DNA of 24,317 nucleotides, from NCBI RefSeq assembly GCF_006345805.1, contig NW_021836700.1, forward strand, positions 1-24,317, read 5' to 3'. Positions 20,232 to 24,317 of this stretch are shown in pieces. The translations under genes were made by a program, and so were the position numbers. The DNA comes from Octopus sinensis. Its lineage: Eukaryota. Within the stretch, counting starts at the first letter, position 1, and every line of letters starts with the position of its first letter. The notes beneath the pieces were generated by a model that saw only the letters and a list, made by a program, of their open reading frames with translations, was not told the DNA's origin and searched no databases.

Positions 20232-23200
20232 GTGTACGAAAAACTACGCGTGCAAAACAATGTGACAAGAGAAATGAACGGACAGGTACCCTACGAAAAT
20301 GACGACCGTCAAAATAATGGGTCGGACGTTGTTCCTCAAGTCCCGCAAGTAAAACCCAAAAGACATAAATGGACATGTGAGGGATACATTTCTATCCTAC
20401 ACCCTTACTTTACAGCAGTTCTCTACCCAGAGAATGAAAACACGACACATACTTATAAAATATGGAAGGAAAATAACATAAATATAGACTTGGATACAGC
20501 AATGAACCCTAATAAACTAGCCAACGTACGAAGATATATTCACAACGCAAAAGAAATATCAGAAATAGAAATAGAACATTTAAAAGAAAAAAATGCACCA
20601 GGGAAATGTAGATAGAAGCCACACAACAATGCCCAATAATATAAACACTGAAACAGTAAAACACGAAGACAAACGTAACATTTCCAACAAAAATGATGTC
20701 AACAAAAAACAACAAACCCAGACCGTAGGATGCATAATAATACACGACAAACAGCAAGCCAAAACACAACAGACAAACATACGAAAGTGAAAAAAAGCGA
20801 CACAAATCTAAAACCTGTAAACAACGAAGGGGAGCCTAATGATTATGATACTATAAAATTAGAATAATCAAAGAACCGAAAACCACAGATCTCAAAATGG
20901 ACCACCGACCATACCTCCCAAAAGTCAAAATAGACAAAACAACAACATCAATTATAAACAGCATATACCTAGCCATCACATAACTAATAGCCACTGAAAC
21001 AAATAGCGATATCACTGAGCTAAATGACTTCGTATATGCAGCAGCCACTGCAGCCACAAAAGAAGCTGGATACTCACTCAAACCCACCCAAACAAACCCT
21101 GTGGATAAATAACATCCAAAAGAAAATACAAAAAATAAGAAAAGATCTGTCGATTCTTAACGAAAACAGTAGACAATCAACGCTACTAAGCAACAAAAAG
21201 AAAACAAAAATATTGTGCAAATCCAACATCACAGAAAAAGATTTACCTGAGATAAAAGAAAAACTAAGGCAAGATATCCTTGCGAAAGCACAAAGGATCC
21301 GCCGGTAAGAGAAACGCCAACGCTTCTTTGAACAAAACTAACAGTTCAACTCCAACCCGAAAAAGTTCTACCAAGAACTTGGCAAGAATAAAATAGACAT
21401 CACTGCAGCACCAACGGCAGAAGAAGTGGAAGAATTCTGGAAAGGAATATGGTCGGCGAATGAACAACCAAAAAAAAGGTGTATTAAAACAACAAACATA
21501 GCATCTGAGAAACTTTGGACCCCCATAACAAGTGAAGAGGTCAGCCAGGCACTGCAGAGACTAAGCAACTGGAAGGCACCTGGGCATGACAAGATCCCCA
21601 ACTTCTGGTTGAAATATCTACCAGGAATACACAAAACGCTGGCTGAAAGCTTTAACAACATACTGGCAGAGCCAGAGACAATGCTTGAATTGCTCACGAA
21701 GGGGAAAACCATCTTAATTCCCAAATGCAATGGGACAGCAAAACCAGAAAACTACAGACCTATAACCTCTCTCCCTACAATGTACAAAGCATTTACTGCA
21801 GTAATATCACAAGGATTAAACAAGCACCTGGACGAAAACAACCTGTTCCCAGAAGAGGAGAAGGAATGTCTCAAAGGCGTTTGATAGCATCCCCCACACA
21901 TGGATCCTCAAAACACTAGCCATTAACAAAGTAGCACCAACAATTATAAAATTCATAGGACACTCTATGTATAAATGGCAAACAGTGCTACAGCTCCAAA
22001 CAAAAGAGGGACTCATGAAAACCAAAGCCATCCCCATTAGAAGAAAAATATTCCAGGGAGACACGCTCTCTCCACTCCTTTTCTGGTTAGCACTGTCACC
22101 ACTATCTGATATGCTAAATATACCTGGATGCGGATATAAATGCTACGGCAAAACGATCAGCCACCTTTTATATATGGATGACCTAAAACTATGCCCTGCA
22201 AATGACAAACAGCTGGAAAAACTATGAAAGACAGTTCATGGATTTACCAAAGAAATAGATATGAAATTTGGATTAGAGAAATGCGCCAAAGTAACCATGA
22301 ATAGAGGAAAACTAGTTAAGAGTAGCAACATCACACTAGATAAAACAAATGAAATAAAAGAATTAGACAAAACCAAACTTACAAATACTTAGGAATCCAT
22401 GAACTAGATAAGACACAACACACACAAATGAAAGAGAAAATAAAAAAAGAATATTATAGACGAGATAGATCAATACTAAAAACAGAGCTCAATGCTAAAA
22501 ACAAGATAATAGGTATTAACACTTTAGCCGTTCCAGTAATAATTGACAGCTACAACATCCTTAACTGGACACTAAATGAACTGACCAAAATAGATAGGAA
22601 AACAAGAAAAATAATGACAGGATCTAGGATGCATCACCCAAACTCTGACATACAAAGACTATGTATACAACGTATAGAAGGTGGTAGAGGCCTTATACAG
22701 CTGGAAAACTACTATAAAATAAATACCATAGGACTGCAAAAATATCTACTTCAGAAGGAAGGAAAACTGATACAAATAGCGGCAAAACACGAGCAAAACA
22801 AAAAACTGTTCTCAGTATTTAAGGATGTTGACAAATACAAACAAGAAATCATACCACCTAACAAATATGAAAAAGAAGAAGAAGGAGAGGAAGAAGAAGA
22901 AGAAGAAGAAGAAGAAGAAGAAGATGAAGAAACAACAAAAGGTATAAAACAAATGAAATCCAAACTAAAACTAGAACAGCAAAGAACCATAATAGGCGAT
23001 GGAAAGAAAAGCCCCTTCATGGTAAATACTGGACTAAACTAAACGCCAAAGAAATAGACAAAGAAAAATCCCAGCAATGGTTGAGAAGCTCAGGACTCAA
23101 AGCAGAGACAGAGAGAATTTTAATTGCAGCACAAGACCAAAGCCTCCCCACCAGAAATTACCAAATACATGTAATGAAAAGAAATATAACAAGTAACTGC

Positions 23201-23765
23201 ACAATATGTGGAGAAGGACAAGAAACAATAAATCATATTATCTGTGGCTGCCCAGTCCTGGCTATGAAGGAATATATTCACAGACACGACAGTGTTGGGA
23301 CCTACATACATTGGAAGCTATGCCAACATTATGGAATAACAACAGAAAAAAGATGGTATAAGCACACGCCAGAAAAGGTGACAGAAGACGAGAAAGCAAC
23401 CATACTCTGGGATATGCCGATACACACAGATAGAGAAATTAAAGCCAACAGACCAGATATAGTTGTCAGAGATCATGAAGAAAAAAAATGCTTTCTAATT
23501 GATGTATCAATACCAACAGATGACAACGTGAATCTAAAAGAAATGGAGAAACTTTCAAAATACAAAACCTGGGAATAGAGGTAACCATAATGTGGAATCT
23601 AAAAACAGAAACAATTCCTATCATAGTAGGGCATTAGGCATGATAAAAAAATATTCAGACAAATACGTAACAAAAACACCAGGACTTACAAAACACATAT
23701 AACATACAGAAAATTGCACTACTAGGCACTGCACACATCCACGCAGAACACTTTCCATACAATAA
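20232..23765 (+). pseudogene. Single ORF of the Dong-like element (RT + CCHC + RLE), disrupted by frameshifts, stops and an RT deletion
   Basis: Fragments 20232-20615, 21024-21308, 21426-21884, 21967-22227, 22428-23042 and 23081-23578 are in the expected order. The terminal GTAHI..RTLSIQ* stops at 23763-23765; the true start is uncertain. Confidence 0.85.
22875..22931 (+). repeat. (GAA)n tract inside the Dong-like ORF, encoding poly-Glu
   Basis: gaagaagaaggagaggaagaagaa...gatgaagaa translates to EEEGEEEEEEEEEEEEDEE in the 22428-23042 frame. Confidence 0.92.
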
Positions 23766-23864
23766 CCATCAGAGCATCACAACAAATCACAGCACATACC
23801 CAAGGCACACAGAGCTGCGCTCGGTAGTGAAGTGAAAGCACGCTATAAAAAATAAAACTACTGA

Positions 23865-23868
<4 letters not shown>

Positions 23869-23921
<53 letters not shown>

Positions 23922-23959
23922 TTAATAATAATAATAATAAGAAGAAGAAGAAGAAGAAT

Positions 23960-23994
<35 letters not shown>

Positions 23995-24317
23995 TGATAA
24001 TAATAATTATAATTATAATTATAATAATAATAATTTTAGAACGAAGAAGATGAAGAAGAAGAAAAACAAGAAGAAGAAGGAAAATAATAATAATAAGAAG
24101 AAGAAGAAGAAGAGGAAGGATAATAATAATAATAAGAAGAAGAAAACGACAACAACAACAACAACAATAACATCGAAGAAGTCGATGATGAAGAAAAAGT
24201 CATATAAGTAGCAAGAAAACAGAAAAGTTGGACAAGCAAAACAATAACAAGAAAATTTGGGAATGAGGATAGAAATGATAATAAAAATATATCAACATAA
24301 GTAAAATTATCAGACAT
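23869..24317. repeat. Compound (TAA)n/(GAA)n/(CAA)n microsatellite and low-complexity sequence
   Basis: Direct reading: a near-perfect TAA run to about 23940, then alternating GAA, TAA and CAA blocks. Confidence 0.9.

Larger units (their letters stand above)
19846..23868 (+). mobile_element. Near full-length R4-clade (Dong-like) non-LTR retrotransposon with restriction-like endonuclease, inserted in (TAA)n
   Basis: N-terminal RHKWT...NKLANVRRYI; RT motifs WKAPGHDKIPNFWLK, NYRPITSL, IFQGDTLSPLLF and HLLYMDDLKL (YMDD 22171-22182); CCHC CTICGEGQETINHIICGC (23198-23251); RLE NRPDIVV...FLIDVSIP. AATAAA lies at 23851 and (TAA)n flanks both ends. Confidence 0.9.

Noticed and set aside
613-23311. 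Short ORFs antisense or off-frame to the TE ORFs (e.g. 1185-1595, 1607-2029, 14782-15147, 18681-19082, 21368-21730)
   Set aside because: They have no recognisable motifs and are explained as shadows of the opposite-strand TE coding sequence.
24036-24317. 93-aa Ser/Tyr/Leu-rich minus-strand ORF
   Set aside because: It is a translation of compound trinucleotide repeats.

Overview
AT-rich, microsatellite-rich eukaryotic DNA, inferred to be animal (an SSR-rich invertebrate such as a cephalopod or decapod is a guess). It consists almost entirely of transposable elements and simple repeats; I find no host gene, RNA gene, CRISPR array or prokaryotic system. Left to right: (1) Three copies from different subfamilies of a CR1/L2-group LINE (1-2605 minus, 2643-3449 minus, 3957-7229 plus), all of whose visible ends abut (AT)n tracts. 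(2) A ~2 kb (AT)n tract. (3) A MITE with ~100-bp inverted repeats, followed by a Helitron 3' terminus. (4) An apparently full-length Tx1/L1-clade LINE (about 10121-15199, minus) lying between two relics of a diverged Tx1-type ORF1. (5) A non-autonomous Helitron-like element with a 147-bp tandem duplication. (6) A decayed Helitron RepHel whose last helicase motif is interrupted by an inverted copy of its own downstream sequence. (7) A near full-length R4/Dong-type RLE retrotransposon inside (TAA)n. The most interesting leads are possible (AT)n targeting by a CR1/L2-group family, the Tx1 nested in a relative's ORF1, and the templated inverted insertion. All alignments were made by eye, and boundaries are approximate where stated.
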